NCBI GenBank assembly: GCA_964016885.1
Contig: OZ024743.1
Span: 205,468,001-205,532,000 of the forward strand
DNA: 64,000 bases
From: Eledone cirrhosa
Taxonomy: Eukaryota
Reading direction: 5' to 3'
This document shows, piece after piece, positions 51,801-64,000 of the stretch (position 1 is the stretch's first letter; each line of letters opens with the position of its first letter). The notes under the pieces are model-generated. The model saw only the letters and a program-made list of their open reading frames with translations, was not told the origin of the DNA and did no database searches. A program made the position numbers and the translations under genes.

Positions 51801-54800
51801 TTGCACGGCTGGAAATTATCTCCCCTTGGACGGCTAGAAATTACCTCTCCTTGGACGGCTGAAAATTATCTCCCCTTGGACGGCTGGAAATTATGTCCAC
51901 ATGATTTTTTTTACAAATCATCTCCGCCTGATTTTTTTAAAAACTTATCTCCCTTGGCTTGCTGGAAATTATCTCCCCTTGGACGGCTATAAATTATCTC
52001 TCCTTCGACGGCTGGAAATTATCTCCCCTTGATTTTTTTACAAATTATCTCCCCCTGATTTTTTTTTACCAATCTACCCCTGATTTAAAAAAAAATTATC
52101 TCTCCTTCGCTGGCTGGAAATTATCTCCCCTTGGACGGCTGGAAATTATCTCCCCTTGATTTTTTTTACAAATTATCTACCCCTGATTTTTTTACAAATT
52201 ATCTCCCCCTGATTTTTTTTTACAAATTATCTCCCCTTGATTTTTTTTTTTTACAAATTATCTCCGCCTGATTTTCTTAAAATTATCTCCCCTTGGCTGG
52301 ATGGAAATTATCTCCCCTAGGACGGCTGGAAATTATCTCCCCTTGCACGGCTGGAAATTATCTTCCCTTGGACGGCTAGAAATTACCTCTCCTTGGACGG
52401 CTGAAAATTATCTCCCCTTGGACGGCTGGAAATTATCTCCCCCTGATTTTTTTTACAAATTATCTCCCCTTGCACGGCTGGAAATTATCTCCCCTTGGAC
52501 GGCTGGAAATTATCTGCCCTTGATTTTGTTTTTACAAATTATCTCCCCCTGATTTTTTTTACAAATTATCTCCACCTGATATTTTAAAAAATTATCTCCC
52601 CTTGGACGGCTGGAAATTATCTCCCCTTGGCTGGAAATTATCTCCCCTTGGACGGCTAGAAATTATCTCTCTTTGGACGGCTGGAAATTATCTCCCCTTG
52701 ATTCTTTTTACAAATTATCTCCCCCTGATTTTTTTTACAAATCTCCCAGTGATTTTTTAAAAAAAATTATCTCCCCTTCGCTGGCTGGAAATTATCTCCC
52801 CTTGGACGCTGGAAATTATAGCCCCTTGGACGCTGGAAATTATCTTCCCTTGGACGGCTGGAAATTATCTCCCCTTGATTTTTTTACAAATTATCTCCCC
52901 CTGATTTTTTTTTACAAATTATCTCCCCCTGATTTTTTTTTTACAAATTATCTCCCCTTGGACGGGTGGAAATTATCTCCCCTTGATTTTTTTACAAATT
53001 ATCTCCCCCTGATTTTTTTTTACCAATCTACCCCTGATTTAAAAAAAAAAATTATCTCCCCTTCGCTGGCTGGAAATTATCTCCCCTTGGACGGCTTGAA
53101 ATTATCTCCCCTTGGACGGCTAGAAATTACCTCTCCTTGGACGGCTGAAAATTATCTCCCCTTGATTTTTTTTACAAATTATCTCCCCCTGATTTTATTT
53201 TACATATTATCTACCCCTGATTTTTTTTTTTACAAATTATCTCCCCCTGGTTTTATTTTACATATTATCTACCCCTGATTTTTTTTTACAAATTATCTCC
53301 ACCTGATCTTTTTTACAAATTATCTCCCCCTGATTTTTTTTTTACAAATTATCTCCCCCTGATTTTTTTACAAATTATCTCCCCCTGATTTTTTTTTCAA
53401 ATTATCTCCGCCTGATTTTTTTAAATATTATCTTCCCTTGGCTGGCGGGAAATTATCTCCCCTTGGACGGCTGAAAATTATCTCCCCTTGGAAGGATGGA
53501 AATTATCTCCCCTTGGACAGCTGGAAATTATCTCCCCTTGCACTGCTGGAAATTATCTCCCCTTGGACGGCTGGAAATTAGCTCCCCTTGGCTGGAAATT
53601 ATCTCCCCTTGGACGGCTAGAAATTATCTCTCTTTGGACAGCTGGAAATTATCTCCCCTTGATTTTTTTACAAATTATCTCCCCCTGATTTTTTTTACAA
53701 ATCTCCCAGTGATTTTTTTTTAAAAATTATCTCCCCTTCGCTGGCTGGAAATTATCTCCCCTTGGACGCTGGAAATTATAGCCCCTTGGAGGGCTGGAAA
53801 TTATCTTCCCTTGGACGGCTGGAAATTATCTCCCCTTGATTTCTTTTACAAATTATCTCCCCCTGATTTTTTTTTACAAATTATCTCCCCCTGATTTTTT
53901 TTTACAAATTATCTCCCCCTGATTTTTTTTACAACTTATCTCCGCCTGATTTTTTTAAAAAAATTATCTCCCCTTGGACGGCTGGAAATTATCTCCCCTT
54001 GGACGGCTGGAAATTATCTCTCCTTGGACGGCTAGAAATTACCTCTCCTTGGACGGCTGAAAATTATCTCCCCTTGGACGGCTGGAAATTATCTCCCCTT
54101 GATTTTTTTTACAAATTATCTCCCCCTGATTTTTTTTTACAAATTATCTCCCCCTGATTTTTTTTACAAATAATCTCCCCCTGATTTTTTTTTACAAATT
54201 ATCTCCCCCTGATTTTTTTTACAAATTATATCCCCTTGGCTGGCTGGAAATTATCTCCCCTTGGAGGCTGGAATTTATCTCCCCTTGGACGGCTAGAAAT
54301 TACCTCTCCTTGGACGGCTGGAAATTATGTCTCCTTGGACGGTTGGAAATTATCTCCCCTTGGACGGCTGGAAATTATCTCCCCTTGGACGGCTGGAAAT
54401 TATCTCCCCTTGGACGGCTAGATATTACCTCTCCTTGGACGGCTGGAAATTATCTGCCCTTGGACGGCTGGAAATTATCTCCCCTTGGACGGCTGGAAAT
54501 TATTTCACCTTGATTTTTTTTACAAATTATCTCCCCCTGATTTTTTTTTACAAATCTCCACCTAATTAAAAAAAAAATTATCTCCCCTTCGCTGGCTGGA
54601 AATTATCTTCCTCTGGACGGCTGGAAATTATAGCCGCTTGTAGGGCTGGAAATTATCTCCCCTTGGACGGCTGGAAATTATCTCCCCTTGATTTTTTTTA
54701 CTAAGTATCTCACCCTGATTTTTTTTTACAAATTATCTCCGCCTGATTTTTAAAAAAAAATTATCTCCCCTTGGCTGGATGGAAATTATCTCCCCTTGGA

Positions 54801-57800
54801 CGGCTGGAAATTATCTTCCCTTGATTTCTTCTACAAATTATCTACCCCTGATTTTTTTTTTACAAATTATCTCTCCCTGATTTTTTTTTACAAATATCTC
54901 CCCTTCGCTGGCTGACAAATCATCTCCGCCTGATTTTTTTAAAAACTTATCTCCCTTGGCTTGCTTGAAATTATCTCCCCTTGGACGGCTATAAATTATC
55001 TCTCCTTCGACGGCTGGAAATTATCTCCCCTTGATTTTTTTACAAATTATCTCCCCCTGATTTTTTTTACCAATCTACCCCTGATTTAAAAAAAAATTAT
55101 CTCTCCTTCGCTGGCTGGAAATTATCTCCCCTTGGACGGCTGGAAATTATCTCCCCTTGATTTTTTTTACAAATTATCTACCCTGATTTTTTTACAAATT
55201 ATCTCCCCCTGATTTTTTTTTACAAATTATCTCCCCCTGATTTTTTTTTTTACAAATTATCTCCGCCTGATTTTTTTAAAATTATCTCCCCTTGGCTGGA
55301 TGGAAATTATCTCCCCTTGGACGGCTGGAAATTATCTCCCCTTGCACGGCTGGAAATTATCTTCCCTTGGACGGCTAGAAATTACCTCTCCTTGGACGGC
55401 TGAAAATTATCTCCCCTTGGACGGCTGGAAATTATCTCCCCCTGATTTTTTTTACAAATTATCTCATCTTGCACGGCTGGAAATTATCTCCCCTTGGACG
55501 GCTGGAAATTATCTGCCCTTGATTTTGTTTTTACAAATTATCTCCCCCTGATTTTTTTTACAAATTATCTCCACCTGATATTTTAAAAAATTATCTCCCC
55601 TTGGACGGCTGGAAATTATCTCCCCTTGGCTGGAAATTATCTCCCCTTGGACGGCTAGAAATTATCTCTCTTTGGACGGCTGGAAATTATCTCCCCTTGA
55701 TTCTTTTTACAAATTATCTCCCCCTGATTTTTTTTACAAATCTCCCCCTAATTTAAAAAAAAATTATCTCCCCTTCGCTGGCTGGAAATTATCTCCCCTT
55801 GGACGCTGAAAATTATAGCCCCTTGGAGGCTGGAAATTATCTTCCCTTGGACGGCTGGAAATTATCTCCCCTTGATTTTTTTACAAATTATCTCCCCCTG
55901 ATTTTTTTTTACAAATTATCTCCCCCTGATTTTTTTTTTACAAATTATCTCCCCTTGGACGGGTGGAAATTATCTCCCCTTGGACGGCTTGAAATTATCT
56001 CCCCTTGGACGGCTAGAAATTACCTCTCCTTGGACGGCTGAAAATTATCTCCCCTTGATTTTTTTTACAAATTATCTCCCCCTGATTTTTTTTTTTACAA
56101 ATTATCTCCCCCTGATTTTATTTTACATATTATCTACCCCTGATTTTTTTTTACAAATTATCTCCACCTGATCTTTTTTACAAATTATCTCCCCTTGATT
56201 TTTTTTACAAATTATCTCCCCCTGATTTTTTTTACCAATCTACCCCTGATTTAAAAAAAAATTATCTCTCCTTCGCTGGCTGGAAATTATCTCCCCTTGG
56301 ACGGCTGGAAATTATCTCCCCTTGATTTTTTTTACAAATTATCTACCCTGATTTTTTTACAAATTATCTCCCCCTGATTTTTTTTTACAAATTATCTCCC
56401 CCTGATTTTTTTTTTTACAAATTATCTCCGCCTGATTTTTTTAAAATTATCTCCCCTTGGCTGGATGGAAATTATCTCCCCTTGGACGGCTGGAAATTAT
56501 CTCCCCTTGCACGGCTGGAAATTATCTTCCCTTGGACGGCTAGAAATTACCTCTCCTTGGACGGCTGAAAATTATCTCCCCTTGGACGGCTGGAAATTAT
56601 CTCCCCCTGATTTTTTTTACAAATTATCTCCCCTTGCACGGCTGGAAATTATCTCCCCTTGGACGGCTGGAAATTATCTGCCCTTGATTTTGTTTTTACA
56701 AATTATCTCCCCCTGATTTTTTTTACAAATTATCTCCACCTGATATTTTAAAAAATTATCTCCCCTTGGACGGCTGGAAATTATCTCCCCTTGGCTGGAA
56801 ATTATCTCCCCTTGGACGGCTAGAAATTATCTCTCTTTGGACGGCTGGAAATTATCTCCCCTTGATTCTTTTTACAAATTATCTCCCCCTGATTTTTTTT
56901 ACAAATCTCCCCCTAATTTAAAAAAAAATTATCTCCCCTTCGCTGGCTGGAAATTATCTCCCCTTGGACGCTGAAAATTATAGCCCCTTGGAGGCTGGAA
57001 ATTATCTTCCCTTGGACGGCTGGAAATTATCTCCCCTTGATTTTTTTACAAATTATCTCCCCCTGATTTTTTTTTACAAATTATCTCCCCCTGATTTTTT
57101 TTTTACAAATTATCTCCCCTTGGACGGGTGGAAATTATCTCCCCTTGGACGGCTTGAAATTATCTCCCCTTGGACGGCTAGAAATTACCTCTCCTTGGAC
57201 GGCTGAAAATTATCTCCCCTTGATTTTTTTTACAAATTATCTCCCCCTGATTTTTTTTTTTACAAATTATCTCCCCCTGATTTTATTTTACATATTATCT
57301 ACCCCTGATTTTTTTTTACAAATTATCTCCACCTGATCTTTTTTACAAATTATCTCCCCCTGATTTTTTTTTTACAAATTATCTCCCCCTGATTTTTTTA
57401 CAAATTATCTCCCCCTAATTTATTTTACAAATTATCTCCGCCTGATTTTTTTAAATATTATCTTCCCTTGGCTGGCGGGAAATAATCTCCCCTTGGACGG
57501 CTGGAAATTATCTCCCCTTGGAAGGATGGAAATTATCTTCCCTTGGACGGCTGGAAATTATCTCCCCTTGCACGGCTGGAAATTATCTCACCTTGGACGG
57601 CTGGAAATTATCTCCCCTTCGCTGGAAATTATCTCCCCTTGGATGGCTAGAAATTATCTCTCTTTGGACGGCTGGAAATTATCTCCCCTTGATTCTTTTT
57701 ACAAATTATCTCCCCCTGATTTTTTTTACAAATCTCCCAGTGATTTTTAAAAAAAAATTATCTCCCTTTCGCTGGCTGGAAATTATCTCCCCTTGGACGC

Positions 57801-58975
57801 TGGAAATTATAGCCCCTTGGAGGGCTGGAAATTATCTTCCGTTGGACGGCTGGAAATTATCTCCCCTTGATTTTTTTTACATATTATCTCCCCCTGATTT
57901 TTTTTACAACTTATCTCCGCCTGATTTTTTTAAAAAAATTATCTCCCCTTGGACGGCTGGAAATTATCTCCCCTTGGACGGCTGGAAATTATCTCTCCTT
58001 GGACGGCTAGAAATTACCTCTCCTTGGACGGCTGAAAATTATCTCCCCTTGGACGGCTGGAAATTATCTCCCCTTGATTTTTTTTACAAATTATCTCCCC
58101 CTGATTTTTTTTACAAATTATCTCCCCCTGATTTTTTTTACAAATTATATTCCCTTGGCTGGCTGGAAATTATCTCCCCTTGGAGGCTGGAATTTATCTC
58201 CCCTTGGACGGCTAGAAATTACCTCTCCTTGGACGGCTGGAAATTATGTCTCCTTGGACGGCTGGAAATTATCTCCCCTTGGACGGCTGGAAATTATCTC
58301 CCCTTGGACGGCTGGAAATTATCTCCCCTTGATTTTGTATACAAATTATCTCCCCCTGATATTTTTTTACAATTTATCTGCCCCTGATTATTTTTTACAA
58401 ATTATCTCCCCCTGATTTTTTTTTACAAATCTCCACCTAATTAAAAAAAAAATTATCTCCCCTTCGCTGGCTGGAAATTATCTCCGCTTGGACGCTGGAA
58501 ATTATAGCCCCTTGGAGGGCTGGAAGTTATCTTCGCTTCGAGGGCTGGAAATTATCTTCCCTTGGACGGCTAGAAATTATCTCCCCTTGATTTTTTTTAC
58601 AAATTATCTCCCCCTGATTTTTTTTTTACAAATTATCTCCGCCTGATTTTTTTTTTAAATTATCTCCCCTTGGACGGCTGGAAATTATCTCCCCTTGGAC
58701 GGCTGGAAATTATCTCCCCTTGGACGGCTAGAAATTACGTCTCCTTGGACGGCTGAAAATTATCTCCCCTTGGACGGCTGGAAATTATCTCCCCTTGATT
58801 TTTTTTTACAAATTGTCTCCCCCTGATTTTTTTTTACAAATTATCTACCCCTGATTTTTTTTTACAAATTATCTCCCCCTGATTTTTTTTACAAATTATC
58901 TCCCCCTGATTTTTTTTTACAAATTATCTCCCCCTGATTTTTTTTACAAATCTCCCCCTAATTTAAAAAAAAATT
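31066..58975 (+). repeat. Macro-unit copy 2, differing from copy 1 by scattered SNPs and several indels
   Basis: Rare variants occur in the same order as in copy 1, e.g. TCTGCCTTTGAT (~79/~31144), GACACTGCAAA (~1363/~32428), TTTATGTCTTC (~6337/~37531), TTCCGTTGG (~29052/~57837). Confidence 0.95.
55018..57360 (+). repeat. The same 1,165-bp tandem duplication within macro-copy 2
   Basis: ORF offsets of 1165 (55300/56465, 55799/56964, 55980/57145). Confidence 0.95.
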
Positions 58976-59459
58976 ATCTCCCCTTCGCTGGCTGGAAATT
59001 ATCTCCCTTTGGACGGCTGGAAATTATAGCTGCTTGTAGGGCTGGAAATTATCTCCCCTTGGACGGCTGGAAATTATCTCCCCTTGATTTTTTTTACTAA
59101 TTATCTCCCCCTGATTTTTTTTTACAAATATCTCCCCTTGGCTGCCTGGAAATTATCTCCCATTGGCAGGCTGGAAATGATCTCCCCTTGGACGGCTGGA
59201 AATTATCTCCCCTTGGACGCCTAGAAATTACCTCTCCTTGGACAGCTGTAAATTATCTCCCCTTGGACGGCTGGAAATTATCTCCCCTTGATTTTGTATA
59301 CAAATTATCTCCCCCTGATTTTTTTTTACAAATTATCTGCCCCTGATTATTTTTTTACAAATTAGCTCCGCCTGATTTTTTTTTTAAATTATCTCCCCTT
59401 GGACGGCTGGAAATTATCTCCCCTTGGACGGCTGGAAATTATCTCCCCTTGAACGGCTA

Positions 59460-62400
59460 GAAATTACCTCTCCTTGGACGGCTGAAAATTATCTCCCCTT
59501 GATTTTTTTTACAAATTATCTCCCCCTGATTTTTTTTTTTACAAATTATCTCCCCCTGGTTTTATTTTACATATTATCTACCCCTGATTTTTTTTTACAA
59601 ATTATCTCCACCTGATCTTTTTTACAAATTATCTCCCCCTGATTTTTTTTTTACAAATTATCTCCCCCTGATTTTTTTACAAATTATCTCCCCCTGATTT
59701 TTTTTTCAAATTATCTCCGCCTGATTTTTTTAAATATTATCTTCCCTTGGCTGGCGGGAAATTATCTCCCCTTGGACGGCTGGAAATTATCTCCCCTTGG
59801 AAGGATGGAAATTATCTCCCCTTGGACGGCTGGAAATTATCTCCCCTTGCACTGCTGGAAATTATCTCCCCTTGGACGGCTGGAAATTATCTCCCCTTGG
59901 CTGGAAATTATCTCCCCTTGGACGGCTAGAAATTATCTCTCTTTGGACGGCTGGAAATTATCTCCCCTTGATTTTTTTACAAATTATCTCCCCCTGATTT
60001 TTTTTACAAATCTCCCAGTGATTTTTTTTAAAAAATTATCTCCCCTTCGCTGGCTGGAAATTATCTCCCCTTGGACGCTGGAAATTATAGCCCCTTGGAG
60101 GGCTGGAAATTATCTTCCCTTGGACGGCTGGAAATTATCTCCCCTTGATTTCTTTTACAAATTATCTCCCCCTGATTTTTTTTTACAAATTATCTCCCCC
60201 TGATTTTTTTTTACAAATTATCTCCCCCTGATTTTTTTTACAACTTATCTCCGCCTGATTTTTTTAAAAAAATTATCTCCCCTTGGACGGCTGGAAATTA
60301 TCTCCCCTTGGACGGCTGGAAATTATCTCTCCTTGGACGGCTAGAAATTACCTCTCCTTGGACGGCTGAAAATTATCTCCCCTTGGACGGCTGGAAATTA
60401 TCTCCCCTTGATTTTTTTTACAAATTATCTCCCCCTGATTTTTTTTTACAAATTATCTCCCCCTGATTTTTTTTACAAATTATCTCCCCCTGATTTTTTT
60501 TTACAAATTATCTCCCCCTGATTTTTTTTACAAATTATATCCCCTTGGCTGGCTGGAAATTATCTCCCCTTGGAGGCTGGAATTTATCTCCCCTTGGACG
60601 GCTAGAAATTACCTCTCCTTGGACGGCTGGAAATTATGTCTCCTTGGACGGTTGGAAATTATCTCCCCTTGGACGGCTGGAAATTATCTCCCCTTGGACG
60701 GCTGGAAATTATCTCCCCTTGGACGGCTAGATATTACCTCTCCTTGGACGGCTGGAAATTATCTGCCCTTGGACGGCTGGAAATTATCTCCCCTTGGACG
60801 GCTGGAAATTATTTCCCCTTGATTTTTTTTACAAATTATCTCCCCCTGATTTTTTTTTACAAATCTCCACCTAATTAAAAAAAAAATTATCTCCCCTTCG
60901 CTGGCTGGAAATTATCTTCCTCTGGACGGCTGGAAATTATAGCCGCTTGTAGGGCTGGAAATTATCTCCCCTTGGACGGCTGGAAATTATCTCCCCTTGA
61001 TTTTTTTTACTAAGTATCTCACCCTGATTTTTTTTTACAAATTATCTCCGCCTGATTTTTAAAAAAAAATTATCTCCCCTTGGCTGGATGGAAATTATCT
61101 CCCCTTGGACGGCTGGAAATTATCTTCCCTTGATTTCTTCTACAAATTATCTACCCCTGATTTTTTTTTTACAAATTATCTCTCCCTGATTTTTTTTTAC
61201 AAATATCTCCCCTTCGCTGGCTGACAAATCATCTCCGCCTGATTTTTTTAAAAACTTATCTCCCTTGGCTTGCTTGAAATTATCTCCCCTTGGACGGCTA
61301 TAAATTATCTCTCCTTCGACGGCTGGAAATTATCTCCCCTTGATTTTTTTACAAATTATCTCCCCCTGATTTTTTTTTACCAATCTACCCCTGATTTAAA
61401 AAAAAATTATCTCTCCTTCGCTGGCTGGAAATTATCTCCCCTTGGACGGCTGGAAATTATCTCCCCTTGATTTTTTTTACAAATTATCTACCCTGATTTT
61501 TTTACAAATTATCTCCCCCTGATTTTTTTTTACAAATTATCTCCCCCTGATTTTTTTTTTTACAAATTATCTCCGCCTGATTTTTTTAAAATTATCTCCC
61601 CTTGGCTGGATGGAAATTATCTCCCCTTGGACGGCTGGAAATTATCTCCCCTTGCACGGCTGGAAATTATCTTCCCTTGGACGGCTAGAAATTACCTCTC
61701 CTTGGACGGCTGAAAATTATCTCCCCTTGGACGGCTGGAAATTATCTCCCCCTGATTTTTTTTACAAATTATCTCCCCTTGCACGGCTGGAAATTATCTC
61801 CCCTTGGACGGCTGGAAATTATCTGCCCTTGATTTTGTTTTTACAAATTATCTCCCCCTGATTTTTTTTACAAATTATCTCCACCTGATATTTTAAAAAA
61901 TTATCTCCCCTTGGACGGCTGGAAATTATCTCCCCTTGGCTGGAAATTATCTCCCCTTGGACGGCTAGAAATTATCTCTCTTTGGACGGCTGGAAATTAT
62001 CTCCCCTTGATTCTTTTTACAAATTATCTCCCCCTGATTTTTTTTACAAATCTCCCCCTAATTTAAAAAAAAATTATCTCCCCTTCGCTGGCTGGAAATT
62101 ATCTCCCCTTGGACGCTGAAAATTATAGCCCCTTGGAGGCTGGAAATTATCTTCCCTTGGACGGCTGGAAATTATCTCCCCTTGATTTTTTTACAAATTA
62201 TCTCCCCCTGATTTTTTTTTACAAATTATCTCCCCCTGATTTTTTTTTTACAAATTATCTCCCCTTGGACGGGTGGAAATTATCTCCCCTTGGACGGCTT
62301 GAAATTATCTCCCCTTGGACGGCTAGAAATTACCTCTCCTTGGACGGCTGAAAATTATCTCCCCTTGATTTTTTTTACAAATTATCTCCCCCTGATTTTT

Positions 62401-64000
62401 TTTTTTACAAATTATCTCCCCCTGATTTTATTTTACATATTATCTACCCCTGATTTTTTTTTACAAATTATCTCCACCTGATCTTTTTTACAAATTATCT
62501 CCCCCTGATTTTTTTTTTACAAATTATCTCCCCCTGATTTTTTTACAAATTATCTCCCCCTAATTTATTTTACAAATTATCTCCGCCTGATTTTTTTAAA
62601 TATTATCTTCCCTTGGCTGGCGGGAAATAATCTCCCCTTGGACGGCTGGAAATTATCTCCCCTTGGAAGGATGGAAATTATCTTCCCTTGGACGGCTGGA
62701 AATTATCTCCCCTTGCACGGCTGGAAATTATCTCACCTTGGACGGCTGGAAATTATCTCCCCTTCGCTGGAAATTATCTCCCCTTGGATGGCTAGAAATT
62801 ATCTCTCTTTGGACGGCTGGAAATTATCTCCCCTTGATTCTTTTTACAAATTATCTCCCCCTGATTTTTTTTACAAATCTCCCAGTGATTTTTAAAAAAA
62901 ATTATCTCCCTTTCGCTGGCTGGAAATTATCTCCCCTTGGACGCTGGAAATTATAGCCCCTTGGAGGGCTGGAAATTATCTTCCCTTGGACGGCTGGAAA
63001 TTATCTCCCCTTGATTTTTTTTACATATTATCTCCCCCTGATTTTTTTTACAACTTATCTCCGCCTGATTTTTTTAAAAAAATTATCTCCCCTTGGACGG
63101 CTGGAAATTATCTCCCCTTGGACGGCTGGAAATTATCTCTCCTTGGACGGCTAGAAATTACCTCTCCTTGGACGGCTGAAAATTATCTCCCCTTGGACGG
63201 CTGGAAATTATCTCCCCTTGATTTTTTTTACAAATTATCTCCCCCTGATTTTTTTTTACAAATTATCTCCCCCTGATTTTTTTTACAAATTATATTCCCT
63301 TGGCTGGCTGGAAATTATCTCCCCTTGGAGGCTGGAATTTATCTCCCCTTGGACGGCTAGAAATTACCTCTCCTTGGACGGCTGGAAATTATGTCTCCTT
63401 GGACGGCTGGAAATTATCTCCCCTTGGACGGCTGGAAATTATCTCCCCTTGGACGGCTGGAAATTATCTCCCCTTGATTTTGTATACAAATTATCTCCCC
63501 CTGATATTTTTTTACAAATTATCTGCCCCTGATTATTTTTTACAAATTATCTCCCCCTGATTTTTTTTTACAAATCTCCACCTAATTAAAAAAAAAATTA
63601 TCTCCCCTTCGCTGGCTGGAAATTATCTCCCCTTGGACGCTGGAAATTATAGCCCCTTGGAGGGCTGGAAGTTATCTTCGCTTCGAGGGCTGGAAATTAT
63701 CTTCCCTTGGACGGCTAGAAATTATCTCCCCTTGATTTTTTTTACAAATTATCTCCCCCTGATTTTTTTTTTACAAATTATCTCCGCCTGATTTTTTTTT
63801 AAAATTATCTCCCCTTGGACGGCTGGAAATTATCTCCCCTTGGACGGCTGGAAATTATCTCCCCTTGGACGGCTAGAAATTACGTCTCCTTGGACGGCTG
63901 AAAATTATCTCCCCTTGGACGGCTGGAAATTATCTCCCCTTGATTTTTTTTTACAAATTGTCTCCCCCTGATTTTTTTTTACAAATTATCTACCCGTGAT
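59460..64000 (+). repeat. Third partial copy of the ~24.4-30.1 kb segment, with only one copy of the 1,165-bp unit
   Basis: The offset to copy 2 is 6309-6310 (54236/60545, 55300/61610), then 5145 (56964/62109, 57518/62663). The difference is 1165. Confidence 0.9.

Larger units (their letters stand above)
1..64000 (+). repeat. Composite two-monomer tandem satellite array (25-bp G-type plus ~27-bp T-type, shared core AAATTATCTCCCCYTG), running off both window edges
   Basis: The core recurs every ~19-31 bp from base 1 to 64000. I saw no unique sequence, inversion or foreign insertion. Confidence 0.99.

Noticed and set aside
168-63560. All ORFs in the track, including 14470-15363 (297 aa), 28733-29602 and 57518-58387 (289 aa)
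   Set aside because: They are translations of the satellite. The 25-bp monomer lacks + strand stops and cycles through three frames (DGWKLSPL / GRLEIISP / WTAGNYLPL). Most starts are TTG in the core, ORFs overlap in all frames, and single-base homopolymer changes break them between copies (28733 vs 62663). The minus strand has TAA in the core.
1-64000. CRISPR-like repeat-spacer appearance
   Set aside because: The 'spacers' are only ~9-14 nt and of two recurring types, the repeat is ~16 nt, and there is no leader or cas gene.
1-64000. Direct telomerase product from two templates
   Set aside because: Exact kilobase-scale copying of rare variants and T-tract lengths indicates DNA-level duplication, not de novo templated addition. 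Neither monomer matches a telomeric motif I know.
1-64000. Pure sequencing or synthetic artefact such as an adapter concatemer
   Set aside because: The hierarchical, tree-like sharing of variants is typical of an evolved satellite, and the monomers match no adapter I recognise. Only the copy number of the 31 kb unit remains open to assembly error.

Overview
The whole 64 kb window is one uninterrupted, single-orientation, head-to-tail composite satellite array, most likely eukaryotic heterochromatin (inference; the organism cannot be identified from the sequence). I find no credible genes, RNA genes, transposons or CRISPR arrays. Two monomer types share a 16-nt core, AAATTATCTCCCC(C/T)TG: a 25-bp 'G-type' (AAATTATCTCCCCTTGGACGGCTGG) and a ~26-30-bp 'T-type' (AAATTATCTCCCCCTGA-T7-11-AC). 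They alternate in short blocks with position-specific variants. Dividing 64000 by ~26 gives about 2,400-2,500 monomers (not counted). Periodicity is nested: ~0.3 kb, ~0.55-0.6 kb, 1,165 bp, ~2.3 kb, a ~3.7-5 kb higher-order repeat (HOR) in two subfamilies, and a near-identical ~29-31 kb tandem duplication (1-30190 versus 31066-58975). A partial further copy follows a mosaic junction near 59 kb. All listed ORFs are artefacts: the G-type monomer has no stop codon in any + strand frame.
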